From the NCBI GenBank assembly GCA_029775915.1, contig JARVKA010000004.1, forward strand, positions 130,906 through 194,905: a stretch of 64,000 nt of DNA. Reading direction: 5' to 3'. The notes under the pieces were generated by a model, which was given only the letters and a program-made list of their open reading frames with translations, did not search any database and was not told where the DNA came from. Positions 9,178 to 18,637 of this stretch are shown one piece after another (the stretch's first letter is position 1; every line of letters begins with the position of its first letter). Position numbers and translations under genes: made by a program. The stretch comes from Nitrososphaeria archaeon (GTDB lineage Archaea; Thermoproteota; Nitrososphaeria; Nitrososphaerales; JANXEG01).

Positions 9178-9983
9178 TGATTGGATTGATATATGAATCG
9201 AATTTAAGTTATTCTAAAGGCTTATATAGAGTTAGAAAGCGCATTAATCAATCAAACTTATTACTCATTAGTGATTTACCCCAAGCTATATTTAAAGCGA
9301 TAGAATCGATAAAGATTCATAGATATTGGTTAGAATATTACATTTTACACCATCCTGAGTATTTATATTCTTTAAGCCCAGTTAAAGTTGAAGAAAAAGC
9401 TCCTCGAATTATTAAACTTGCAGCATTTGCAGCAGAATTAATGAATGTTGGACCTATGGCAGCGATACCGGGAGCTTTAGCAGAGCTTGGTGTTGAAGTT
9501 ATGATTCGTGAGGGAGGTTTAGTGAACTTAATTGAGAATGGTGGTGAAATCTCAGCCTTTTCTTTAAAGCCTATTAATGTTGGTGTATATGCAGGAAAAT
9601 CACCATTATCTGGTAAAATTGGCTTTCATTTAACTAAAGATGATTTCCCTATAGGTATAGCTACAAGTTCTTCTACAATTACTCATGCATTAAGTTTTGG
9701 AGAAGCAGATGCAACGATTATAATTGCAGACTCATCATCTATAGCTGATGCTGCTGCTACTGCAGTATGTAATGTTGTAAAAGGTTCTGATATTGAAGCA
9801 TCTATTCAATCTGGATTAGAATTAGCAGAGAATTTACCTTATGTAAGAGGTGCTTTAATTATTCGTGATAAGTATGCAGGTTTGGTTGGAAAATTACCTC
9901 AATTCATTAAGTTTAACGGTAGTATTAATGAAATTTTTAAAGCGAGCCTTTATGAAGTTTTACCAAATAAAAAGTTTCTTTGA
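9177..9983 (+). CDS. UPF0280 / ApbE-like superfamily protein (COG2122 class)
   Basis: The VGPMAAIPGALAELG motif and ~268-aa length fit UPF0280. The GTG start shares a nucleotide with the preceding TAG stop, indicating an operon with the two genes upstream. Confidence 0.65.
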   Translation: MIGLIYESNLSYSKGLYRVRKRINQSNLLLISDLPQAIFKAIESIKIHRYWLEYYILHHPEYLYSLSPVKVEEKAPRIIKLAAFAAELMNVGPMAAIPGALAELGVEVMIREGGLVNLIENGGEISAFSLKPINVGVYAGKSPLSGKIGFHLTKDDFPIGIATSSSTITHALSFGEADATIIIADSSSIADAAATAVCNVVKGSDIEASIQSGLELAENLPYVRGALIIRDKYAGLVGKLPQFIKFNGSINEIFKASLYEVLPNKKFL

Positions 9984-10058
9984 GAGAAATATGATGAATT
10001 AATTATTCTTTACAGTAACTCATTTGAGATATGGAATTTTGATATTAATACTCGATGA

Positions 10059-11540
10059 TTACTTTTGCTCAACCTTTGTAATTAATGATACAATTACCGC
10101 TAATACAATATTTACTACAAGGCCCCATACACCATTATGCACATCCATAAAGTATCCTATAGCTCCTACTTTGTATATCATTTGATATAATTGAATACCA
10201 GTTACAGTTGCAAGCCCAGCGATTAACCCTACTATTACTCCATATTTATTTAATCTCTTCCAATATAAGCCTATAATTAATCCTGGGAAGAATTGAGCAA
10301 AACCAGCAAAAGCCACACCTATCATTAAATCGATGAATAATGGTGGTGGGTTAAGTGCGATAATGATTGCAATAATCGTTGTTATTATTATGCAAACCCG
10401 CCCAAGTTGTATAGCACCTTTATCACTTATTCTCTTCTTAAAAAGAGGTTCATAAATATCCCTTACGAATATTTGACCACTCAAGAGCATTTGAGAATCT
10501 ACTGTTGACATACCTGCAGCCATAGCACCCGCTAATACAGGTCCTATAACCCACCAAGGTGCAAACTTTTCAAGGAGGAATGGAATGGCAAGATCAGCTC
10601 TTGGTATTCTCCAATCCTTCACAGGTCCTAAAAGTGGACCTGTAATTAAGCCGAGTAAGGGACTCACAACTACCCACATAATACATTGTGAAAGTATTAC
10701 TGCTATCGGTATCATTGCTAAGCTCTTTCTATCTCTAGCCATATAATGCCTAACGAATAGATGTGGCGAAAGCCAAATACCAAGTGGTAAAGCTATGAAT
10801 AATGAAACCCAAATACCATCTCTATAAAATTTCGCAGGTCCGGGAAGTGAGAAGAGTGCAGGATTCTTGCTGTAAGCAAGTGAAATTGCACCTCCTATAC
10901 CTCCAATTGGCGCAAGGATGAAGAATGCAGCAACTACGAGGAAAAGGAGTAATAAAATACCTTGTATGAAATCAGTCCACACCACAGCTCTCAATCCGCC
11001 TATGAGTGTATAAACTAGGGTTACACCACCAACTAAGAGTAATGCAGTATTATAATCCATGAGACCTAATGCCCAAAGTATATATGCCATACCGATCGGT
11101 TGAGTTCCTATATAGAATAAATTGAAGATATAACCGGCGAGTCCAGTTATAAATTGCCCAGCTTTTGATCCATATCTATAGTATATGAAATCTCCTTGAG
11201 TTAACATCCCATGCTCTTTAGCCAACTCTCTGAATTTCCAACCTGTTAAAAGAGTGAGTAGTAATAGAATTATGCCTTGAGATACGGGTAAGACAAGAAA
11301 TGCTACACCATGAGTTGCATACGTAGCAGTAGCAGCTAAAAATGCAACCATACTTTGTAAAGTAGCGAGATAAGTGAATAGAATGAGTACTGGGCCAATC
11401 TTTCTCTCCATTAAATAAAAGTCCTCAGCAGTAGGCTTCGTTCTCCTACCAGCAAAGTATCCCAAAATAATCATTAATACCATGTAGCCAAGAACTATGC
11501 CACTATTAATTTGAGCTTCTATAGCCAATTTTTTACTCAC
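10059..11540 (-). CDS. Sodium:solute symporter (SSS/SSF family) permease
   Basis: A 493-aa polytopic protein with about 13 hydrophobic segments and an SSF-like pattern. It is preceded by a small 2-TM partner gene that overlaps its start. Confidence 0.8.
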   Translation of the reverse strand: MSKKLAIEAQINSGIVLGYMVLMIILGYFAGRRTKPTAEDFYLMERKIGPVLILFTYLATLQSMVAFLAATATYATHGVAFLVLPVSQGIILLLLTLLTGWKFRELAKEHGMLTQGDFIYYRYGSKAGQFITGLAGYIFNLFYIGTQPIGMAYILWALGLMDYNTALLLVGGVTLVYTLIGGLRAVVWTDFIQGILLLLFLVVAAFFILAPIGGIGGAISLAYSKNPALFSLPGPAKFYRDGIWVSLFIALPLGIWLSPHLFVRHYMARDRKSLAMIPIAVILSQCIMWVVVSPLLGLITGPLLGPVKDWRIPRADLAIPFLLEKFAPWWVIGPVLAGAMAAGMSTVDSQMLLSGQIFVRDIYEPLFKKRISDKGAIQLGRVCIIITTIIAIIIALNPPPLFIDLMIGVAFAGFAQFFPGLIIGLYWKRLNKYGVIVGLIAGLATVTGIQLYQMIYKVGAIGYFMDVHNGVWGLVVNIVLAVIVSLITKVEQK

Positions 11541-11739
11541 CTATTTTTAACCAAAGGTAAACAGCCAATAAACCGAGAATCCATAAAATGACTTGTGTAG
11601 CCCATAGGTAAAATAATGGGAAAGGTATACCGATAATTAATGGCTCAGGGTTCTTTAAAATGGGGAATGAGAGCATAACCACAAGCCAAATGATAAAGCT
11701 AAGTATTACAGCAATTTTAAAGGCAAATTTTGTCATCAT
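11533..11739 (-). CDS. Small 2-TM membrane protein (DUF3311-like accessory subunit of SSS transporters)
   Basis: 68 aa with two hydrophobic helices. It overlaps the symporter start by 8 nt. This arrangement is typical of DUF3311 genes, but the family name is from memory. Confidence 0.55.
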   Translation of the reverse strand: MMTKFAFKIAVILSFIIWLVVMLSFPILKNPEPLIIGIPFPLFYLWATQVILWILGLLAVYLWLKIGE

Positions 11740-12015
11740 TTCTCTCTTTTTTAAATAAATATTTAAGCATTGAGGTAAAAAGTTAAATCAATATAATAAA
11801 ATTTGTGAATTTATTATCTATCTTAACCTAAATTCTTTATATTCTACTTGGGTTAATATCTCTCAAATAAGAATGGTATTATCGGGTCAAAAATAATTTT
11901 TAAATTTTAAAAAATCTAAAGAAATTAAAACATGGGAATAAAATATTCGGAAAAAGAGCTAAATTTTATTATTTTGTTTTTGAGATGGGATTAAGCATTA
12001 TTATGAGAAAAATGA

Positions 12016-12109
12016 TGGGGCCGGTGGGATTTGAACCCACGACCGCCAGCGCCCCAGGCTTTTACAGATAAACTCTTTGGTATCCTAGGCCATGCTAGAC
12101 GACGGCCCC
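12016..12109 (-). tRNA. tRNA-Pro (anticodon GGG) with an 18-nt intron between positions 29/30 of the anticodon stem; no encoded CCA
   Basis: Hand fold of the reverse complement:
- Acceptor stem GGGGCCG/CGGCCCC, perfect 7 bp.
- T arm GUGGG-UUCAAAU-CCCAC.
- Anticodon loop CU-GGG-GC, flanked on the 3' side by GCUGG.
- The matching 5' strand CCAGC is split as CCA[AAGAGUUUAUCUGUAAAA]GC, with the intron at plus coordinates 12060-12077 (+/-1 nt).
- This is the only GC-rich island outside the rRNA operon. Confidence 0.85.
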
Positions 12110-12137
12110 AAAGCTCACATTATTTTGTGGTTAAGTG

Positions 12138-12145
12138 ATATAAAT
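12138..12145 (-). promoter_or_regulatory. Candidate TATA box for the tRNA-Pro gene
   Basis: The minus strand reads TTTATATC/ATTTATAT about 28-35 nt upstream of the tRNA 5' end at 12109, which is the usual archaeal TATA-to-TSS spacing. Confidence 0.35.
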
Positions 12146-12253
12146 TTGTTCATACAATACTCTTGAAGTTATGAAAAATTTGATTATTAACAATTTAATT
12201 TAGAGCATTTATTCGAGCACTTTAATTTTAAAATCTAATTCGATTCACGAGTT

Positions 12254-12835
12254 TTAATTCTTAGCCTTTTGATTTGAGCGATTTATAAAACTTTTAATAA
12301 CATCCTTTATTTCATCAGGCTTTTTCAAAACCACTATACCCTTCATTAATCTTAATTTATTCACATTCTCCACATCAATCTCTCTCATAATTAATTTTAA
12401 ACTCTTACCAGATGGTAATGTAGTAATTATAGTTCCTAACTCTTGATCCGTTGGTAATATGTAAACTGGTACACCACCCTTTTGGGCTAAAGCTAAAGCA
12501 TTCGTTATTAAAGAATCTGCTATTCCATTTACAATTTTTGCTACTGTATTTGCACTCGCTGGAGCTATTAATAAAAAATCATACTCACCAGTTTGTAATG
12601 AGCCGGCTATGAATGGTGAGTTAGGCCCTCGCTCTATTAAAACTCTTGGTGAAATACTCTTTAAATCATCCCATATTTTATACCATCTTACAACCATAAT
12701 TGCTGCTTTCGATAAAAATACAGTAATCTCAACATGCTCTTGCTTTACAATCTCCTTCATCACATTTATCGTTTCAGATAAAAAATGTCCTGAGCCTGTT
12801 ATTCCCCAAGCAATTTTTATCACCAAGATATGCAC
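12254..12835 (-). CDS. Flavoprotein-family (PF02441-type) FMN protein, archaeoflavoprotein AfpA-like
   Basis: WGITGSGHFL near the N-terminus and APASANTVAKIVNGIADSLITNA are typical of the Flavoprotein/AfpA/UbiX-like fold. Length is 193 aa. Confidence 0.65.
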   Translation of the reverse strand: MHILVIKIAWGITGSGHFLSETINVMKEIVKQEHVEITVFLSKAAIMVVRWYKIWDDLKSISPRVLIERGPNSPFIAGSLQTGEYDFLLIAPASANTVAKIVNGIADSLITNALALAQKGGVPVYILPTDQELGTIITTLPSGKSLKLIMREIDVENVNKLRLMKGIVVLKKPDEIKDVIKSFINRSNQKAKN

Positions 12836-12986
12836 CTAATTGAAATAAAATTCACGTCTTATATATTTCTAAATGTTGGGCGCTTCACAAAATCCTTTAA
12901 TATTAATCAATTTTGTGAAATAAAATGAATTATAATTATATTATGAAATCTCAACAATAAGATTAAATACTTGATTTCATTTCACC

Positions 12987-13499
12987 ATGATGGAAATGAG
13001 CAAAGTAATTGATGTATATTTGGGCAAAGCTCACAAATATGGTGATAATATAGATACAGATGTTATTATTCCTGGCCGTTATTTAAAAGAATTGGACCCA
13101 AAAAAGCTTGCTGAACATGCAATGGAAGGTATAGATCCAAACTTTATTAAAAAAGTAAAAGAGGGTGATTTTATCGTTGCTGGAAGAAATTTTGGTTGTG
13201 GTTCAAGTAGAGAGCATGCACCATTAACTTTAAAAGCTGTTGGTATTAAAGCGGTTTTAGCTCTTTCATTTGCAAGAATTTTTTACAGAAATGCGGTAGA
13301 TGGTGGTTATTTACTACCTATAGAGATTGATGAAGATGCTTATAAAAGGATTAATGATGGTGATACATTAGAGATTAATTTATCGAAAGGTGAAGTTAGG
13401 AATTTAAGTAAAAACGAAGTTTATAAAATGAAGCCATTCCCAGAGATTGTGAAGAAGATTATAAATGCTGGCGGCTTATTCGAGTATAAATTTAAGTAG
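12987..13499 (+). CDS. leuD: Aconitase-family small subunit (3-isopropylmalate / homoaconitate dehydratase LeuD/HacB type)
   Basis: YGDNIDTDVIIPGRYL and GRNFGCGSSREHAP are hallmarks of the swivel domain. Length is 170 aa. No large subunit is adjacent in the window. Confidence 0.8.
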   Translation: MMEMSKVIDVYLGKAHKYGDNIDTDVIIPGRYLKELDPKKLAEHAMEGIDPNFIKKVKEGDFIVAGRNFGCGSSREHAPLTLKAVGIKAVLALSFARIFYRNAVDGGYLLPIEIDEDAYKRINDGDTLEINLSKGEVRNLSKNEVYKMKPFPEIVKKIINAGGLFEYKFK

Positions 13500-13687
13500 C
13501 TTTTGTTTCATCAATTAATTTGATTTCTAATGTATTAAAAGCTTAATGGCGTAAATACAGCCGTATCATAATTAAATTTTGAATATAATTGGAAATTCTC
13601 GAAGCCTTCTTAACTCTTTATTTATATAATAATGTGTAACACGTATTTTGCATTATCAATTTTAATATTCAAATTTAACCAAACTTA

Positions 13688-14425
13688 TCATTTTATTCCC
13701 AACTTACTACGTAAGCGTGCTAATAATGGATGGGGAAATGGGATAAAATCTTGCCATGGATTTGATACCTTTTCTAATAAAAATTCAACATGCTCGTAAG
13801 CATCAGAATAAATGAATATTCCATGACCGGGTAGCAAAACATCTATTTTTAAATTTTTAATTCTTTCCAATGAATCTTTGTAAATTTTAAAATCAGTTTT
13901 AAAATTTGTCATACCTAACAAACCCCAAGCTAAAATTGTATCACCAGAAAAAAGAATCTTTCTTCCATTATACTCCATTAATAAGCATATACTATCATTC
14001 GTATGCCCGGGTGTATGTATAACTTGGATGTCATATTTTCCAATGTTGATTTTATCGCCATCCTTTAACTCTATATCAACTTTTACAGGTTCAAATTTGA
14101 GGTTATAAGACCATGAACCTCTCTCCAAAATATCCACTCCCAATTTATGAATAGCTATTTTACAATTCGATATATCTTTAATATCTTTATTTCCACGAGC
14201 ATGATCCCAATGAGAATGTGTGTTTATAATCAATTTTATATTTTTGGGATCGAATCCGCAATCTTTAATACTCTCAATAACACTTTTATCCAATCCAGCA
14301 CCAGAATCGATTAATGTTAACCCCTTATCTCCATTAATCAAATAAACATTGCAATTTAAAAGATTGGTGTAGTGGAATCTGCCCGCTGCAACTAAAAATA
14401 TATCTTTAAATATTTCAATTCTCAT
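13688..14425 (-). CDS. Metallo-beta-lactamase-fold hydrolase
   Basis: HxHxDH motif (THSHWDH), plus downstream HTPGHT and LLPGHG metal ligands. Confidence 0.8.
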   Translation of the reverse strand: MRIEIFKDIFLVAAGRFHYTNLLNCNVYLINGDKGLTLIDSGAGLDKSVIESIKDCGFDPKNIKLIINTHSHWDHARGNKDIKDISNCKIAIHKLGVDILERGSWSYNLKFEPVKVDIELKDGDKINIGKYDIQVIHTPGHTNDSICLLMEYNGRKILFSGDTILAWGLLGMTNFKTDFKIYKDSLERIKNLKIDVLLPGHGIFIYSDAYEHVEFLLEKVSNPWQDFIPFPHPLLARLRSKLGIK

Positions 14426-14673
14426 TTAATATCAATTCATTTTAGCATTTTAAATTTATAAATTTATACTTTTAGCATCTTTTTCTAAAATATTTATTGG
14501 GAGAGATAGAGTTTGAAGATTAAAGATGGAATATTTTAATCATGTAAGCTAGCTCTTATCTAAAATTTTTCTACTCATATTTTAAAAGCTTTTTCTATAA
14601 AGATTGATATCATTAACTCAAATGAGTAAAGATTACACTAAATACGCATCATAAAACTACGATATTCTCTTAA

Positions 14674-15114
14674 TCATTTTCCCTTTTGATATTCTTTCAT
14701 AAACTCTTCATATACCGCTTTAACCCTTTCCGCTGCTAAACCAGCACCCTCTATTACACCTTGCTCCGTAACTTTAATTTTATCCATTACGATAATTGTA
14801 CCTATATCTTCCCTTAACTTAACCATTCCTGGAAATACCCTATTCAACCTTTCAGCAAGCGCTTTAAGTTGGAAAGGCTTTTCTATAAGTTTTATCTCTT
14901 TAACATATTCACCATTAATGATAAGCTTATAGATATTTTCACCAGCCCCGATTGGATTATTTAATATAAGATTGAGATTTTCATCTATTGCAAGTAATTC
15001 ACCTTGATAATTTTTACCATCGCTAGTCTCTATAGCTACAATTTTACCAATAAGCATCGATAATTCTTCACTATATTTGCGTTGGATAATGGATGACATC
15101 TTAATTATATTCAA
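14674..15114 (-). CDS. Sm-like archaeal protein with a C-terminal extension (SmAP3-like)
   Basis: N-terminal Sm fold (IGKIVAIETSDGKNYQGELLAIDENLNLILNN) followed by an extra ~70-aa domain. The 146-aa length matches the crenarchaeal SmAP3 class. Confidence 0.6.
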   Translation of the reverse strand: MNIIKMSSIIQRKYSEELSMLIGKIVAIETSDGKNYQGELLAIDENLNLILNNPIGAGENIYKLIINGEYVKEIKLIEKPFQLKALAERLNRVFPGMVKLREDIGTIIVMDKIKVTEQGVIEGAGLAAERVKAVYEEFMKEYQKGK

Positions 15115-15209
15115 TAAGATTTAGTATATGAAAGTTGCGCACTTTTTGAAAAAATATAATAAGTAACCTTACGTGAAAGATTACTATTTAATTACTGCAA
15201 TTTTAATTA

Positions 15210-15812
15210 TTAATAAATCATCAATCCTTTTTGTTCCAAAAGATTATGAAGATTATTCACCGCTTTATAAACCTCAACTTCCTTTTTTGCACCCGTGCAT
15301 ACTAACTTTCCACTAGCAAAAAGCAATATAACCGTTTTAGGATCGGTCATTCTATGTATTAAGCCGGGAAATTGCTCTGGTTCATACATTGATCTAGGCA
15401 ATTGCTTTGCTGCCTCCTCCAAATGAACTTTACCACCCAAACTGGCTGATGCAACGATATTTTGAATCTCTATTTGAGGTTCATTATAAATTTCAACATT
15501 TCCCCTCTTTAACTTTTGAACTACCGTTTTTACAGCTTTAATCGCTTGCTCCTCAGACTTCGCACCCGTACATACCATCTTACCTGAACTAAATATTAAA
15601 GTGGCAGTTTTAGGCGCTTTAAGTCTAAAAACAAGTCCTGGAAATTGATCTGGATGGTATTCAACATCTGGGAAGCTTCTCGTTATTTGAGTAAGATCGA
15701 TCGGTTGATTTACAGTAGCTGAGGCAACAACATTCTCAATACTGATTATAGGTTTAGTTTGTGGCATTAAGTTAAGTATAATGCGAGCATATATATATTC
15801 TTTATTAAGCAA
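15210..15812 (-). CDS. tbp: TATA-box binding protein
   Basis: Two direct TBP repeats (IENVVASATV...GLVFRL..PK.ATLIFSSGKMVCTGAKS and IQNIVASASL...GLIHRM..PKTVILLFASGKLVCTGAKK). Confidence 0.92.
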   Translation of the reverse strand: MLNKEYIYARIILNLMPQTKPIISIENVVASATVNQPIDLTQITRSFPDVEYHPDQFPGLVFRLKAPKTATLIFSSGKMVCTGAKSEEQAIKAVKTVVQKLKRGNVEIYNEPQIEIQNIVASASLGGKVHLEEAAKQLPRSMYEPEQFPGLIHRMTDPKTVILLFASGKLVCTGAKKEVEVYKAVNNLHNLLEQKGLMIY

Positions 15813-15903
15813 AGATAAATATACTTTATCAATCGAATTATTTGCTTAATTCTTTTAAAATTTATTCCCATTTTAACAAAATCTTTATGTTTGAAAATAA
15901 ATA

Positions 15904-16434
15904 TTAAATCTTTTGCGAGGTCTTCTTCTCAGGTAAAATCTCCATAATAAATATTATGATTAGAATCGTTATAATTATCATGTAATTTAATGGAGGTTTG
16001 AGTAAAGTAACAATAGTTCCAAATTTTGGTATAACAAAAATCACTTTGCCTATATAATCAACCTTTTTTACAATCCAATTATCAGGGTATGGGTTCGCAT
16101 CGCCCTTTGTAATAAACCCTTTTTCACTATCGATTTTAATAATCTCAATAACTCTATGCACAATCGCTCTATCGTGGAATTGAGGTCTATAAAATACAAT
16201 AATATCACCTGTGATAATCGAATCAAAACTCCCAGTATCTTGAATAATGATAATATCACCAACTTGAAGTTGAGGTATCATACTTGAGCTTGCTACAACA
16301 AAGAATGGTGAGGAAGTTCCTAAAGCTATTCTAAATCCAAACCATAAAATTACCATACTTAAAATCAAAATGATTGCATGAGTTATTGCTTTTACCAATC
16401 TAGACTTAAATCTTTTAGAGTTTTCCTTTACCAT
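15904..16434 (-). CDS. Signal peptidase I, archaeal/Sec11 (S26B) type
   Basis: N-terminal TM anchor, catalytic Ser box SSSMIPQLQVGD, His box AIVHRVIE and GDAN box. Confidence 0.75.
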   Translation of the reverse strand: MVKENSKRFKSRLVKAITHAIILILSMVILWFGFRIALGTSSPFFVVASSSMIPQLQVGDIIIIQDTGSFDSIITGDIIVFYRPQFHDRAIVHRVIEIIKIDSEKGFITKGDANPYPDNWIVKKVDYIGKVIFVIPKFGTIVTLLKPPLNYMIIITILIIIFIMEILPEKKTSQKI

Positions 16435-16532
16435 ACTTATTCACATAGGATTAATGGTGCATATGATGTTTCATCTAATGGATTTAAATATATTAAAACC
16501 TTATTGCAATAAAATTCATGAAATTAAGATTA

Positions 16533-17051
16533 TTAAATAATACCTTGATACTTACCAGAGTATCCAATAATAGCTTCTTCAGAGCATGTTAAAAAGATCA
16601 TTTGTAAAATAGGGGTATTTTTACGCACCTTAAAACCATGAGTATTATGAATTATCATGAGTGCTTCACCTCTACCGTAATAACCCGAGTCCCAAACAGC
16701 ACTTTCAATTGTAACACCACTTCTTATTAATGATGATCGGGGAAAGGTGAGAGCGATTACATTTTTCGGTATATTTATTATTTCATTAAAATCTATTTTG
16801 TAACACCCTTTCTCTAAATTATACCAACCATCATCATTCGGCTTAATAATTGAACAATCAGCCAATACTCTATCTTCTTCTGTAATACCTAAAGAGCCTG
16901 AGGATATGAAGCCATAAACATTGCGTAATGATAAATCTATACCATTATGACCAACTTGTTTATCAAAGTTAATTAAACCTTCAATTAAAGATGGTTTTGC
17001 ACTTAAAAGCTCTCTTAATTTACTACCTGTAATAACAGTCAATTTAATCAA
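16533..17051 (-). CDS. dut: dCTP deaminase/dUTPase-superfamily protein, probably archaeal dUTP diphosphatase
   Basis: At 172 aa with PRSSLIRSGV and VWDSGYYGRGEALMI motifs, it fits the trimeric dUTPase/Dcd fold. I cannot separate dUTPase from a bifunctional Dcd by eye. Confidence 0.65.
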   Translation of the reverse strand: MIKLTVITGSKLRELLSAKPSLIEGLINFDKQVGHNGIDLSLRNVYGFISSGSLGITEEDRVLADCSIIKPNDDGWYNLEKGCYKIDFNEIINIPKNVIALTFPRSSLIRSGVTIESAVWDSGYYGRGEALMIIHNTHGFKVRKNTPILQMIFLTCSEEAIIGYSGKYQGII

Positions 17052-17109
17052 AAAAATATTAAGTTTTTTATATTTAATTGTATTTAATATTTTTACTTGA
17101 AAGCATTAA

Positions 17110-17592
17110 TTAACCAAATGTTAGGTTAATCCAATCACCAACGTAATGTGTTATAACTATAACCATTAATGCAATAATCAAATGTTCCATCACCACTCTC
17201 CAAGGTTTCACTTTTCGCTCTTTAGCAATTTGGTAACTAAAGAAGCTTAATAAGGATAAGCCCCATATCACACTTACCACAACTGCTATTGATAATTGAA
17301 ATGATAAAATTGGAGCAATAAATGTTAATGTGAAAACAAATTTGAATAAAAAAGTAGAGATTGTAGATTCCCAAACCTCTTTTGAAGAATGTTTACTCTC
17401 AGACTCTTCTGATATGTGTATACCCAATGCATCGGATAATGAATCAGCTATTGCTATTGTTAATATACCACCAATAATTGGTAGTGTAGAATGTGTGCCA
17501 GAGTGTAAACCCACTATTAATCCAACCGTTGTTATTATTCCAGAGGTTGAGCCAAAACTGAATCCAGTTTTTAATGGGTGCTTCATCTTCAA
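17110..17592 (-). CDS. VIT1/CCC1-family (DUF125) membrane protein, short form
   Basis: 160 aa with about 4-5 TM segments, a GLIVGL...IADSLSDALG pattern and an acidic loop (SEESESK), as in the membrane domain of VIT-family metal transporters. Confidence 0.55.
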   Translation of the reverse strand: MKMKHPLKTGFSFGSTSGIITTVGLIVGLHSGTHSTLPIIGGILTIAIADSLSDALGIHISEESESKHSSKEVWESTISTFLFKFVFTLTFIAPILSFQLSIAVVVSVIWGLSLLSFFSYQIAKERKVKPWRVVMEHLIIALMVIVITHYVGDWINLTFG

Positions 17593-17720
17593 TCCTTCAT
17601 TTCTACTAACTTAAATATTTTACATTAAATTGTAATGATCTTTAAAGTTTGAGAATAACTTTTGTATAATGTAGCTTAATTACAACAATAATTTTTTATA
17701 CATAATATTGAAGTATAAAA

Positions 17721-18611
17721 TTGAATATGCGCCAAGATGAGAAAATTCTTCAAGGAGCTATCGATATGCATGTTCATACCGCACCATCCCTATTCGAAAG
17801 ATCTTTAGATGATTATGAATTAGCAGAGATAATTAAAAAATACTCTATGAAGGGCTTCGTTATTAAGGATCATGATTCAATGAGTTGTGGAAGAGCTTAT
17901 TACATCAATAAATTAATACCAGAAACACTCGCCATAGGTTCTATAGTATTGAATAAATCTGTTGGTGGTTTAAACCCATATGTGGTTCAAACAGCTATAC
18001 ATTACGGTGCAAAAGTGATTTGGATGCCTACAAACCATTCTAAGCATCATTTAAATTATTTTGGAATATCAGATTATCCACAACTTAGCCGTTTAAAGAA
18101 GCAAATGATTAATGAAGGGTTAACGATTTTGAATGATAAAAGTGAACTCCTTCCTCAAGTAAAGAGTATAATTGATATTATAGCGGAGAATGATGTTTGC
18201 TTAGCGACTGGCCATTTATCTTATGAAGAAATTGTAAAGCTTCTCGATCAATCTGTTAAATCGGGTGTAAAAAAGTTTATTGTAACACATGCAAATTGGG
18301 CTTTATGCAAAATCCCACCATCGAAGCAGATTGAACTTATAGAGAAAGGAGCATATATTGAGTATGTAGCATTATCATGTGTATCTCCAATATTTTATGA
18401 ACAAAGTCCGAAGGAGCTTGCATCTTGGATACGTGAAGTCGGTAGTGATAGATTGATTTTATCTTCAGATCTCGGACAAGTAGCAAGTCCTTTACCTCCA
18501 GAAGGTTTAAGAACTTTAATTGCTGCTCTTTTAAATGAGGGAATTCCTGAGAGAGATCTTATAAAAATGTTATGTGAAAATCCTCGTAAAATTCTTGGTT
18601 TAGAAGTGTAA
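17721..18611 (+). CDS. Amidohydrolase-superfamily (TIM-barrel metal-dependent hydrolase) protein of unknown specificity
   Basis: An HxH at the start (AIDMHVHTAP), later His/Asp ligand candidates (ATGHLS, VTHANW, LSSDLG) and a C-terminal NPRKILGL are typical of this superfamily. The TTG start could instead be the ATG at 17727. Confidence 0.55.
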   Translation: MNMRQDEKILQGAIDMHVHTAPSLFERSLDDYELAEIIKKYSMKGFVIKDHDSMSCGRAYYINKLIPETLAIGSIVLNKSVGGLNPYVVQTAIHYGAKVIWMPTNHSKHHLNYFGISDYPQLSRLKKQMINEGLTILNDKSELLPQVKSIIDIIAENDVCLATGHLSYEEIVKLLDQSVKSGVKKFIVTHANWALCKIPPSKQIELIEKGAYIEYVALSCVSPIFYEQSPKELASWIREVGSDRLILSSDLGQVASPLPPEGLRTLIAALLNEGIPERDLIKMLCENPRKILGLEV

Positions 18612-18637
18612 ATTTTGATGAGAAATTAATTTTAAAA

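Noticed and set aside
11740-12253. The tRNA-Pro gene as a possible integration site (att) for a mobile element, given about 270 bp and 145 bp of flanking non-coding DNA.
   Set aside because: I found no direct repeat of the tRNA 3' half elsewhere in the window, no integrase, and no compositional shift in the flanking genes.
14426-14673. I scanned this and the other larger intergenic gaps (11740-12015, 13500-13687, 30754-21021 excluded, 50063-50420, 63137-63758) for C/D-box sRNAs, riboswitches, SRP RNA and RNase P RNA.
   Set aside because: I found no convincing C (RUGAUGA) plus D (CUGA) box pairs at sRNA spacing, and no GC-rich structured islands other than the tRNA and rRNAs. Absence by eye is not proof, and a covariance-model scan would be needed.
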